Shown one piece after another: positions 18,428 to 27,456 of a stretch of DNA of 64,000 bases. This DNA comes from Myxococcales bacterium. GTDB taxonomy: Bacteria; Desulfobacterota; Binatia; HRBIN30. The stretch is taken from assembly GCA_037445065.1 (NCBI GenBank), contig JBBILD010000002.1, forward strand, positions 184,074 through 248,073, written 5' to 3'. Under the pieces are notes generated by a model. It was not told the DNA's origin and made no database searches. It saw only the letters and a list, made by a program, of their open reading frames with translations. How positions within the stretch are numbered: the first letter of the stretch is position 1; each line of letters begins with the position of its first letter. The position numbers were made by a program, and so were the translations under genes.

Positions 18428-19873
18428 TTAGCGAACAAGTCGGTCAATCACACGGTAGAGCTGATTTAGATTCCGGCATTCCTCGACAAGGTCGCAGTAA
18501 GGCATGTAGCGATCCATCTCGCTGTCTCCAAAGCCCCAGGTCAATCGGTTTTCCGGGTTCAACCAGATGACTTGCTTGGCCCGTTGCTTGATCTCTTTCA
18601 AGGTCCACTCGTGGGGCAGATTGTAGTTGTTCCTCGCATCACCCAAGATCAACACGGTGGTCCGCTTGTTCACCGCGCTCAAGTAATCGCGGTGGAAGGC
18701 ACGGAAGGCACGTCCGAAATCCGAGTGGGCAAACACGTTAACGACTTGACCGCTCAGGGACTGCTCGATCGCTGTGTGAATATCTTGCTCTTCGAACAGT
18801 CGTGTCACTTCCCCGAGTTCGCTGACAAAGACGAAACTTCGCACTCGAGCATAAAGGTCCTGCAGCGTGTACACGAACTGCAGCATGAAGCGCGAGACGT
18901 TGCGAACAGAGTCGGAAACGTCGCACAGGACAATGATTTGCGGCTTGTCTTTGACCCGCCGGTCGAACCGCAGCTTGAAAGGCACGGCGCCGTATTGGAG
19001 GTTCGTGCGCAGGGTTGCTTTTACATCGAAGCGGCCGCGCTTGGCGCGCTTTCGCCGCAAAGCCACCACGTTTTTGAGGCGCTCGGCGAGCTTGGTCACC
19101 GCCTCTTTCATTCGCCGAATCTCGTCCTCCGTGAGGTAGTAAAAACTCTTCTCCCCTAGCGGGTCCAGCCGCTGGGATTCTCGCTGGGTAGGGTCCTGCT
19201 TCTCCAACTCCATCCGCACCGTGCGCTTGATCAGTGCGGTTAGGTCGGCCAGGCGCCGCTCAATCCAGCGCTGCAGGAGATCCTTTTCCTCGTCCGCGAG
19301 GTTGCTGCCCCGGACGGCTTGCTTGAGCAGTTCCAACTCCGCGGAAATTCCCGAAAGGCCAAGGGCTTGCGCGAGACTGTGTGCGTACCTCCCCTCTTGA
19401 AACGGCCGCTCGATCTGATCGAGACCGATCTGACTAGCCGCCTGAGCGAGGAGCCGCTGCAGTTCGCCTGAGTTCCCCAATAGCAAGTGGCGGGCGAGAT
19501 CAGAGAGTTCGATGTTCCACTCTGCCAATTGGTCGGCGAGCTGCTCGAGCAGAGCTTGGTAGTCCGGGTCGGCGAGGTGTAGCGCTTCCTTCAGGGCTGT
19601 CTCTTGTATCTTCCACTGGGTGCTCAGACCGCGGAAGAACAGCTCGAACAGCTCGTCAAAAGCGGGCTCGTCCACCTTGCGCTTGACCAAGCAAGCCTTG
19701 AGCGCTTCCCGGAAATCGCTACCTTGCTCGATACCGACGGAGGCTACCGCCGCTAAGCCGTCGAGGGTTTCGGCGACGGTGACCCTCACGCCATTGCGTC
19801 GCAGCAATCCCACGAACTCGAGAATCTTTTTCTCGAAGCCTGAACCGAGCATTGCAGATGGATCGTGGGGCAT
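18428..19873 (-). CDS. VWA domain CoxE-like protein
   Basis: F...LRRNGVRV...ETLD, LCDVSDSV (MIDAS-like), ILGDARNNY, WLNPE, ECRNLNQL. Confidence 0.9.
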   Translation of the reverse strand: MPHDPSAMLGSGFEKKILEFVGLLRRNGVRVTVAETLDGLAAVASVGIEQGSDFREALKACLVKRKVDEPAFDELFELFFRGLSTQWKIQETALKEALHLADPDYQALLEQLADQLAEWNIELSDLARHLLLGNSGELQRLLAQAASQIGLDQIERPFQEGRYAHSLAQALGLSGISAELELLKQAVRGSNLADEEKDLLQRWIERRLADLTALIKRTVRMELEKQDPTQRESQRLDPLGEKSFYYLTEDEIRRMKEAVTKLAERLKNVVALRRKRAKRGRFDVKATLRTNLQYGAVPFKLRFDRRVKDKPQIIVLCDVSDSVRNVSRFMLQFVYTLQDLYARVRSFVFVSELGEVTRLFEEQDIHTAIEQSLSGQVVNVFAHSDFGRAFRAFHRDYLSAVNKRTTVLILGDARNNYNLPHEWTLKEIKQRAKQVIWLNPENRLTWGFGDSEMDRYMPYCDLVEECRNLNQLYRVIDRLVR

Positions 19874-19922
19874 GGAGATGGATGCGACCGCTCGGAATCA
19901 CGCGGCCAATTCAGCAAGCCGC

Positions 19923-20906
19923 TCAGTGGAGCAAATCTTTGTCCTCCGTCGCCGCTCCCGGCGCTTGCGCCTCGGCCCGCTTTCTGGCCACGTAGTCCTT
20001 GAGTTCTTCTTGTGCTTTGCGCAGATCACCCTCGTACTTCGCAATTGCACTGAGCGTTTCCCGCACCGTCTCTCCATCCAAGAAATCCGCATTCAAAACC
20101 GTCAGAGCGCGCGCCCAATCGAGCGTTTCGCTAATGCTCGGAACCTTCTTAAGGTCCAGTTTCCGCACGCGCTGGACGAACTCCACCACTTGCGCGGCTA
20201 AGGTGCGGTTGATTCCGGGCACTTTGAGGTTCACGATCTCCAGCTCTTGTTCCAGGGACGGAAAATCAATGAAGAGGTGTAAACAGCGGCGCTTGAGGGC
20301 ATCGGACATTTCACGCGCGTTGTTGCTGGTGAGCACCACAAATGGAATCTGCCGTGCTTTGAGCGTGCCGAGTTCTGGCACGCTGACTTGGAAGTCGCTC
20401 AAAACCTCCAACAAAAACGCTTCGAATTCCGGGTCCGCCTTGTCGATTTCGTCGATCAACAAGACGACCGGCCGCTGTGCGGTAATGGCGCGCAGCAACG
20501 GCCGCGGCAGGATGAAGCGGTCCGAGAAAAACACGTCGTCTTCGCGAGCGATCCGGTCCACAGCCTCGCGTAAGGAAGAGGCTCCGCCAATGACTTCGCC
20601 GATCTTGTCCTTCAAAATCTGTGTATACAGAAGCTGCTTGGCGTACTCCCACTCGTACAAGGCCTTGGCCTCATCCAGGCCCTCGTAACACTGCAGCCGG
20701 ATGAGTTCGCAACCCGAGGCTTCAGCGAGAACTTTTGCGAGTTCTGTTTTGCCGACCCCCGCGGGCCCTTCGACCAAGATCGGTTTCTGTAAGCGAGTTG
20801 CCAAGTACACAACTGTGCCGATGCGCCGACTACAGATGTACCGCTGCGCAGCAAAACGGTCGATTACCTCATCCACAGAGGAGAAGGGAAAAAAGTCCGG
20901 AGACAT
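19923..20906 (-). CDS. MoxR/CoxD-like AAA+ ATPase
   Basis: Walker A EGPAGVGKTE, RLQCYEGLD, Walker B LLIDEIDKAD, LTSN..RE.SDALKRRC. Confidence 0.94.
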   Translation of the reverse strand: MSPDFFPFSSVDEVIDRFAAQRYICSRRIGTVVYLATRLQKPILVEGPAGVGKTELAKVLAEASGCELIRLQCYEGLDEAKALYEWEYAKQLLYTQILKDKIGEVIGGASSLREAVDRIAREDDVFFSDRFILPRPLLRAITAQRPVVLLIDEIDKADPEFEAFLLEVLSDFQVSVPELGTLKARQIPFVVLTSNNAREMSDALKRRCLHLFIDFPSLEQELEIVNLKVPGINRTLAAQVVEFVQRVRKLDLKKVPSISETLDWARALTVLNADFLDGETVRETLSAIAKYEGDLRKAQEELKDYVARKRAEAQAPGAATEDKDLLH

Positions 20907-21013
20907 GGCCGGACGCTAACATAGCCGGTTGGTACCCACAATTGACGAGGCTGGCCTTTGCAAGGCTGCGCACCTCTCGGTAGGTTACGCCCGGAACGCC
21001 CTCTGGAACGAGC

Positions 21014-21796
21014 ATGTGCACGCTAGTTGTCTACGTGGACCCGCACCCTGCTCTGCCTCTCCTCATTGCAGCCAATCGCGACGAGTTCCTCAGCCGCCCT
21101 ACTGCCGGAGCACAGGTCGTTGCGAGGCCGACCCGACTACTTGCCGGTGTGGATCTGGTGGGCGGCGGAAGCTGGCTCGGGATCAACGAATACGGTGTGG
21201 TGATCGGCGTGCTCAATCGGAGGACGGGAGAAGGTCGAGACCCAAGCAAGCAAAGCCGTGGCCTGCTCTGCACAGAGGGGCTGCGTTTTAGGAGCGCTGG
21301 CGCAGCAAAGAGCTGGTTCGCTTCTCTGCCCGCCGGCGACTTTAACCCTTGCAGCTTGCTGCTCGCCCGTGCGGGCGAAGGAGCCTGGGTGATGGCCAAT
21401 GCCGCCTCCGGTTGGCGTGAGGCGTCCCTCGGATCGGGGGTGCATGTGCTCACGAACCGCCCGTTCGAGGACCTCGAGTGCCCGCGCCGCGCCCGCGCCG
21501 TTCAGCGGTTCGAGCAGTTGCTGCCGCTGGTGGCGACGGGCTGGTCGGACCGTCTCCTGCCCTCGCTTCGCGAAGCCCTCGCTGATCACGGCGGAGAAGA
21601 CGGCTACGTAGCCCGGGTTTGGGACGAAACGTTGTGTGTGCACTTGGAGGGATACGGAACACGCTCAGCGAGCGTTCTTGCGGTGCTGGGCGGGCCTGAG
21701 GGGAAAAAGCGTGCGTTGCTCTGGGTGAGTGGCGGACCGCCTTGCACGCACGACTTCGACACTTGCCTCTCCGTGGACTTGCAAACAACTCCCTAG
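21014..21796 (+). CDS. NRDE/TANGO2 family protein
   Basis: Starts MC; AANRDEF, GGSWLGIN, SRGLL, YGTRSAS. Confidence 0.92.
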   Translation: MCTLVVYVDPHPALPLLIAANRDEFLSRPTAGAQVVARPTRLLAGVDLVGGGSWLGINEYGVVIGVLNRRTGEGRDPSKQSRGLLCTEGLRFRSAGAAKSWFASLPAGDFNPCSLLLARAGEGAWVMANAASGWREASLGSGVHVLTNRPFEDLECPRRARAVQRFEQLLPLVATGWSDRLLPSLREALADHGGEDGYVARVWDETLCVHLEGYGTRSASVLAVLGGPEGKKRALLWVSGGPPCTHDFDTCLSVDLQTTP

Positions 21797-21830
21797 ACAG
21801 CACCTCAGCCCAGGGGTAAGAAACGCGTTC

Positions 21831-22703
21831 GTGCCTCATCATGCTTTCGGCTGTTGGCGGGTGCAAGCCGCGTGGGCGCTCCTTTTGAGCGCGAGTCTCA
21901 TGGTCGCTTGCGCGTCGCGCCGCCCGGAGCCGTACGGACCGGAGTCTCACGCGGGAGACCGCGCCGCTTCCTCAGTGGCACTCCCCGATGATGGGCTCCC
22001 TGTTCCAGGTGCCGAGCTGGCGGTGCAAGTGCGCGAACTACAGGCGCGCTTGCAGGAGAAGGATGAAGAACTGAAAGCCGCGCTCAAGGAACTCGACGCC
22101 CTTCGGGCCAGCAACTCGGGTCGAGGGGGGGACGGCAACGATGCCGCGCAAGCCGCGGCTGTCCGTTCGCTTCAGGAAGAGTTAGCCGCAGAGCGAGCGC
22201 GGCGAGAAGCACTGGTTCGGGAACTGGAAGAGTTGCGCCGCGAGGTGGCTTCGCCCTATGGGGAGAATCGCGTGCCCGAGTCAGAGTATCTGGCAATCAA
22301 ACAGGAGCTGGTCGACCTCCGGCGACGGTTGCAAACGTTAGAGGAGGATCGCCGTTCACTCATGGCGGCGGCGGACAGATCAATGTCGGCTGGAGCAGGC
22401 GAGCAGGAGCGTTCCCTATTCCGGGAACAAGAGCGACTGGCAGCGGACGTTGCAGGTGAACTGGACGCGACCCGCGCTCGGGTGTTGCAGTTGGAACAGC
22501 AGTTGTCCGAGAGCCGCGCCCTGCTTCAAAGGAGCGAGAGCATCGCACAAGAAAACTCTGCGTTGCGCGAGCAGCTTGCTGAGGAGAAACGGCGAGCGGA
22601 AGCTTTGGAAGCCAAGCTCAAAGTCGCGGCACGTGTGACCGAACTCATCTTCCGGATGCGTTCCGAGGCCGGGCGGAGTGTGGCTCCGGAGGGTGGCCGT
22701 TAG
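21831..22703 (+). CDS. Hypothetical coiled-coil lipoprotein
   Basis: Hydrophobic stretch ending in lipobox-like LMVAC, then long E/R/L/A heptad-rich helices. Start is uncertain (ORF open from 21729). Confidence 0.65.
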   Translation: MPHHAFGCWRVQAAWALLLSASLMVACASRRPEPYGPESHAGDRAASSVALPDDGLPVPGAELAVQVRELQARLQEKDEELKAALKELDALRASNSGRGGDGNDAAQAAAVRSLQEELAAERARREALVRELEELRREVASPYGENRVPESEYLAIKQELVDLRRRLQTLEEDRRSLMAAADRSMSAGAGEQERSLFREQERLAADVAGELDATRARVLQLEQQLSESRALLQRSESIAQENSALREQLAEEKRRAEALEAKLKVAARVTELIFRMRSEAGRSVAPEGGR

Positions 22704-24264
22704 TAATCTCGATGCGTACCCGCCCAACCCGCGGTGGGCGCCACGGGTGCAGGCGAAAACCGGCCACTCGGGATTGGACCAACACGAAGGTGCTGGGATG
22801 GAAGAGGAAGATCCACGGCGCATCCTCGATGATCGCTTGCTCCGCTCGATACAAAAATTGGATGCGAGCAGAAGCAGAGAGTTCCCTGGCGGCTGCCTCG
22901 AGTAAAGCGTCCACGGCAGGGTTGCGGTATTCCGTATGGTTGTTCGCGCCGACTTGCCGGGAGTGAAACAGCACGTCGAGAAAGTTGCTTGCATCCGGGA
23001 AGTCGGCCTCCCAGCCGAGCAGAAACATCGGCACCCTCCCCGGTTCCCGAATTGCTTCTAGGAACACTCCCCAAGCGAGCGGCCTCAGTTTGACGTGGAT
23101 TCCGACCCGCAGCCAGTCTTGTTGCAGAGATTGGGCAATGCGCATCGCCGTGGGGTCGTTTCGCAACCAAAGCGTGGTTTCGAATCCCGCAGCGTACCCC
23201 GCGGCTCGGAGCAGTTGTTCCGCACGATGTGGATCGTAAGGGTAAACCGGCGCGCGCTCTGGGTAGCTCGGCAGATTTGGGGGCACGACGCCAACCGCAG
23301 CCACCGCTCGTCCGTTCAGCAAGCGCACCAGTTTTTCCTTGTCCGTCGCGTAATTCAAAGCTTGGCGGACACGCCGATCGTGGAACGGGGGCACCGAACA
23401 GTTCAGCCCGACGTACTGGGTGCGCAGCGTGGTGATTGTGTGGATCCGCTCCCGCCAGCGCGGGTCTCCTCGCACGTGCAAAAAATCCGCTGTCGGAATC
23501 CCAGTGACATCGAGTTGTCCGGATAGGAACTGCATCCACGCGAGTTCCTCCCCTACTCCGGTTTGCCGCAGGATTCCCGCAAGGGACGGTGGCTGAGCGC
23601 CCTCGTAGTAGGGATTTGGCTCGAGCCACAGATATTGACCAGCACGCCACTCCCGCAGACGGTACGGGCCGCTGCCGGTCGGGTTGCGGCTAAAGGTTGC
23701 GCCACGTTCGCGCACGATTTCTTCCGGCAAAGCCGCGGCAAACGGAAGGGCCACCTTGTGCAGGAAGAGAAGGTCGGGCGTCTCCAACCGAAAAATCAGT
23801 AGATCGGGCTCGCGCGCCTCGATGCCGGGAACATCGCAGGCGGTGCTATCGCACTCCCGAGCCCCCAGGAGGCCAAGATAAAAGTCCCGCCCTGGGGATT
23901 GTGTACTCGGAAGCAAAACGCGCCGCACCGCGTACGCAAAGTCTCCCGGTCGAACGCTACGCCCGTGACTGAAGCGGCTGGGCCGCAGCATAAACCGAAA
24001 CTCGCGGAAATCGGCCGACGCGCTCCACGACTCCGCGGCCTCTCCCACCAAATCACCTTTGTCGTCGTAGTCGAGCAGAGTCTCAAAGATCAGGTCCTCG
24101 AATTGCCAGGAGGCGGTGTCATAGCCGCGCGCCGGATCGAGAGTCGGTATCTCGTCCTGATCGGCCAGGCGGAGCACGTGGTCGCTGTCGCTTGCTGGAC
24201 CGGGAGATTGCTGCCGGCAGGCTAGAACAAGCAGAGTGCAAAGAAGGAAAAGACGCGACCTCAT
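22645..24264 (-). CDS. Peptide/nickel ABC transporter substrate-binding lipoprotein (family 5)
   Basis: Lipobox VLAC, TLDPA, PTGSGPYRL..W, PPFHDRRVRQALNYA, GWEADFPD, DAPWIFL. Confidence 0.93.
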   Translation of the reverse strand: MRSRLFLLCTLLVLACRQQSPGPASDSDHVLRLADQDEIPTLDPARGYDTASWQFEDLIFETLLDYDDKGDLVGEAAESWSASADFREFRFMLRPSRFSHGRSVRPGDFAYAVRRVLLPSTQSPGRDFYLGLLGARECDSTACDVPGIEAREPDLLIFRLETPDLLFLHKVALPFAAALPEEIVRERGATFSRNPTGSGPYRLREWRAGQYLWLEPNPYYEGAQPPSLAGILRQTGVGEELAWMQFLSGQLDVTGIPTADFLHVRGDPRWRERIHTITTLRTQYVGLNCSVPPFHDRRVRQALNYATDKEKLVRLLNGRAVAAVGVVPPNLPSYPERAPVYPYDPHRAEQLLRAAGYAAGFETTLWLRNDPTAMRIAQSLQQDWLRVGIHVKLRPLAWGVFLEAIREPGRVPMFLLGWEADFPDASNFLDVLFHSRQVGANNHTEYRNPAVDALLEAAARELSASARIQFLYRAEQAIIEDAPWIFLFHPSTFVLVQSRVAGFRLHPWRPPRVGRVRIEITNGHPPEPHSARPRNASGR

Positions 24265-25079
24265 TGCCGCTCGGCGAACGGGCGCCCAAGTCCGCTAGCA
24301 ATGAGCTGAAAAGCGAGCACTGCAAAGCTCAACGCCGCTCCGGGGAACAGCATGAGCCAAGGAGCAGCACGGTAGTACGTTTGGCTTTCGCTCAACATTC
24401 GGCCCCAACTCGGCACCGGTGGGGGAACCCCAAGGCCGATAAAACTCAGCCCAGCGTCAATCAGTAATGAGTGGCTGGCGGTGACGGCCGCCAAACCAAG
24501 AATGCTCGCCCGCAAGTTCGGGAGAATGTGCTTGCCCAGGATTCTGCGATTCGTTGCCCCGATTGCCCTTGCTGCCACGACGAACTCTCGCGCGCGCAAG
24601 GAGCGAACCTCAGCGCGTACGGCACGGGCCACGGGCGTCCACCCCACCGCTCCAATGACCGCAAGCAGCAGGTAAGGGCTCGGCTCGAACAAAGCCGCAA
24701 GTGTGATCGCCAGCAAAAGCATCGGTACGGCGAGTAACACTTCGGTGAACCGCATGAAGAGCGTGTCCACCCACCCTCCGAAGTAGCCAGCGAGTAGACC
24801 CACCCCTACCCCGACCCCCAGGCAGATTGCTGTTGCGGAGATTGCGATCGCCAGGGAGACCTGGCCAGCGACCAGGATTCGCGCGCAAACGTCGCGGCCG
24901 AGTTCGTCCGTTCCGCACGGGAAGGTGCGCTGGGGCGCAAGCGGCTCACCGATCGCATCAGTGACGGGTAACAGAGGGTCCCGGTTCAGCCAGACGGGAG
25001 CGATGGTGGCCACAGCCAGCATCAGCACCAGCATCGCGATTCCCGTTGCCAGGGTTCGGTTGGGAGCGGAGCGCCTCAC
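24261..25079 (-). CDS. Peptide ABC transporter permease (DppC/OppC-like)
   Basis: GTDELGRDV, AGYFGGWVD..MR, EFVVAARAIGA (EAA loop), GLSFIGLG..PP.PSWG. GTG at 25079 chosen; the rest of ORF 24261..26162 overlaps the next gene. Confidence 0.92.
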   Translation of the reverse strand: MRRSAPNRTLATGIAMLVLMLAVATIAPVWLNRDPLLPVTDAIGEPLAPQRTFPCGTDELGRDVCARILVAGQVSLAIAISATAICLGVGVGVGLLAGYFGGWVDTLFMRFTEVLLAVPMLLLAITLAALFEPSPYLLLAVIGAVGWTPVARAVRAEVRSLRAREFVVAARAIGATNRRILGKHILPNLRASILGLAAVTASHSLLIDAGLSFIGLGVPPPVPSWGRMLSESQTYYRAAPWLMLFPGAALSFAVLAFQLIASGLGRPFAERQ

Positions 25080-25081
25080 CT

Positions 25082-26017
25082 TTACCCCTCCCCCTCCGCC
25101 TGGCGCACCCGAGGGTCGATCCACGCGTGCAGCAGATCGGCGATCGCGTTGAGAGCCACCAAGATTACGGTGGTCACTAACACCACGCCCATCAGCATGG
25201 GGAGGTCCTGGTTGAAAACCGCCTCGACCGCGAGTCGCCCGAGCCCTGGCCAATGAAAAACTGTCTCGGTAAGAGTCACGCCGCCTAGCAGACCTGCAAG
25301 ATCGAGAGCCAGGAGAGTCACTACGGGTAAGATCGCGTTCCGCAGTGCGTGTAAAAGAACCACCCGTGACGGAGGCAATCCTTTTGCGTGCGCTGCCTGG
25401 ATAAACGGCTGCGCGAGGACCTCCCGTAAATTGGCTTCCAGGATGCGGTAGTACGCAGCCGCCATCCCTGCGGCCAGCGCGCACGCCGGCAGCACGACGC
25501 CAAGTGCGCTGTATCCGCCCAGAGGAAACAGCGGCCAGTAAAAGGCAAACGCGTAAAGGAGGAGAAGACCAAGCCAGAAGGGAGGAATGGCGAGCCACAA
25601 GCTGGAGCTTGCGAACAAAAGAGGTTGCCACGACCGACGCATCGCACCGAGGCAACTGAAGCACACCCCTAAAACCAGCGCGATGCACCAGGCGGTGAGT
25701 GCAAGAAGAACGGTTGGCGCGAGCCGTTCGCTGATCGCCTCGGATACTTGTTGTTGGGTTACGAACGAACGGCCCAAATCCCCGCGCAGAAGGCGCTTGA
25801 GATAGAGTCCGTACTGTACCCAGACGGGACGGTCCAGGCCGAGGTCCTGTCGGATTTGGCGGCGGGTTTCCGGCGAGACTTTGATCCCTGCAATCGCCGC
25901 TACTGGGTCGGCCGGCATCAGAAAAGTCAGTGCAAAGGTGAGGAACGAGACTCCGAAGCACACCACTGCGGCTTCTGCCAAACGCCGGAAGACCGCTACC
26001 CAAAACATACTCAGCAT
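25082..26017 (-). CDS. Peptide ABC transporter permease (DppB/OppB-like)
   Basis: LGLDRP...QY, GDLGRS, AHAKGL..HALRNA, ETVFHWPGLG, DPRVR. Confidence 0.93.
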   Translation of the reverse strand: MLSMFWVAVFRRLAEAAVVCFGVSFLTFALTFLMPADPVAAIAGIKVSPETRRQIRQDLGLDRPVWVQYGLYLKRLLRGDLGRSFVTQQQVSEAISERLAPTVLLALTAWCIALVLGVCFSCLGAMRRSWQPLLFASSSLWLAIPPFWLGLLLLYAFAFYWPLFPLGGYSALGVVLPACALAAGMAAAYYRILEANLREVLAQPFIQAAHAKGLPPSRVVLLHALRNAILPVVTLLALDLAGLLGGVTLTETVFHWPGLGRLAVEAVFNQDLPMLMGVVLVTTVILVALNAIADLLHAWIDPRVRQAEGEG

Positions 26018-26181
26018 TTGTCGTGTGCAAACGCGCCGCGCAAGCCAGGCTTCGCCCTTCCGCTCCTTCTCCGCAAATGCTTGTTTTGCCTCCGGCCATC
26101 TGGCAGAGAGGATCTGCTGCGGACGATTGAGGGCGGCGACGAACAGCTTGGGGTGCCTGCATCTGTGCGGACGAAGATGGA

Positions 26182-27093
26182 GTGGTAGCTGTGGCCCTAC
26201 CGAAGCTTCCCGCGGCCGGGACTGCCGGCGGAAAACCGGTAAGGTTGTTTACAACGGCTCAAGTGGCCCGGTTGCTTCGCACAACGCCACATGAGATCCG
26301 CCGGGTGATCCGCGCGGTGGGCTTGAAAGTTCAGCGTCGGCGGCGTCGGATTTTCGTCACGTTCCGCGATCTTGTCGTGCTGCGGGCGGCGTTGAAGCTG
26401 CGCCGCCAATCTGTCCCGTTACGTCGCTTAGGAGTAGCGTTGCGGAAGCTGCGCCAGGAACTGCCGCAAGAGCAATCGGTCAGTGGCGTGCGCTTGTGGG
26501 CGCAGGGGGACGAAGTACTCGCCCAGCGAGGGCCGTCATTTTGGAGCGTGGAGTCCGGCCAGCTCGTTTTCCCGTTTGCGGTCGAACCGAGAAACGCTCA
26601 TACCCCATCCTCTGTTGCCACCCTCGCTGGAACGACGGGAGCCGATCCGGAGCGGGCTGCGCGAGCAAGCGAAGCGGCTGCAGAGCGTTGGTATTCCTTG
26701 GCGGTGGCGCGTGAAGAAGCAGGCGACCTGGCGGGCGCTCGCCAAGCCTACCTACGCGCCTTGCGCTACGACCCCAATTTGTCCGACGCGTGTGTGAACC
26801 TTGGTCGCCTGGCGCATCAAGCCGGCCGCTTTCAGCAGGCCGCCGAATGGTACCGTCGTGCCTTGCAGTCCAGTCCCGACGATCCCATTGCACACTACGA
26901 CTTGGCCATTGCTCTCGAAGACCTCGGCGACTTTGCGGCAGCGATTCGCGAGTACCAGCGCGCGCTGCGCGCGAACTGGGACTTCCCAGAGGCGCACTTC
27001 AATTTGAGTCGGTTGTATCGGGCCACGGGAAGGGTTCTCGAGGCAGCACGCCACTTGCGGATATATCGGCGGCTCACTGGTAAGCCGAGCTAA
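26182..27093 (+). CDS. MerR-like HTH plus C-terminal TPR protein
   Basis: N-terminal FTTAQVARLL...FRDLVVLRAA (MerR-like winged HTH), ESGQL linker, then about four TPR motifs (AYLRALRYDP, NLGRL, AHYDLAIALED, AHFNLSRLY). Confidence 0.8.
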   Translation: MVAVALPKLPAAGTAGGKPVRLFTTAQVARLLRTTPHEIRRVIRAVGLKVQRRRRRIFVTFRDLVVLRAALKLRRQSVPLRRLGVALRKLRQELPQEQSVSGVRLWAQGDEVLAQRGPSFWSVESGQLVFPFAVEPRNAHTPSSVATLAGTTGADPERAARASEAAAERWYSLAVAREEAGDLAGARQAYLRALRYDPNLSDACVNLGRLAHQAGRFQQAAEWYRRALQSSPDDPIAHYDLAIALEDLGDFAAAIREYQRALRANWDFPEAHFNLSRLYRATGRVLEAARHLRIYRRLTGKPS

Positions 27094-27456
27094 AGCTGGT
27101 TGCGGATCGGTTCTCGACTGGTCTGCCCTCTTCCCATTTTGGGGGGATTTCGGAGGCTCGGGAGGTTCTTTGACTTCCGTATCGCCTTGGCAGACGGCTC
27201 GAACCGTATAAATGTTGCGCGCTTTGACGATCTACCTGATCTACAGTCCTAGCCCGGAGGCGCAGCGGTCGCATTTGGTGGCTTCTGCGCTTCATCCGGC
27301 GTGGCGGGCGCGGTGGGCAGGAATGGGTCGGAGTAGGGAACGGCGTTTCCTGCCAGATCGGCAAAGGGAGGCCGTTCTCGTGTTGCAAAGGCTCCCTCAC
27401 TGCTTCGCTGCTCTGGGTACACAAGTAAGCACTGGAGCTGGGCCAAGCCGTGCTCC

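Noticed and set aside
25080..26162. N-terminal 360 aa of the 633-aa ORF 24261..26162
   Set aside because: It overlaps the DppB-like permease in another frame. Only the part from GTG 25079 has permease motifs.
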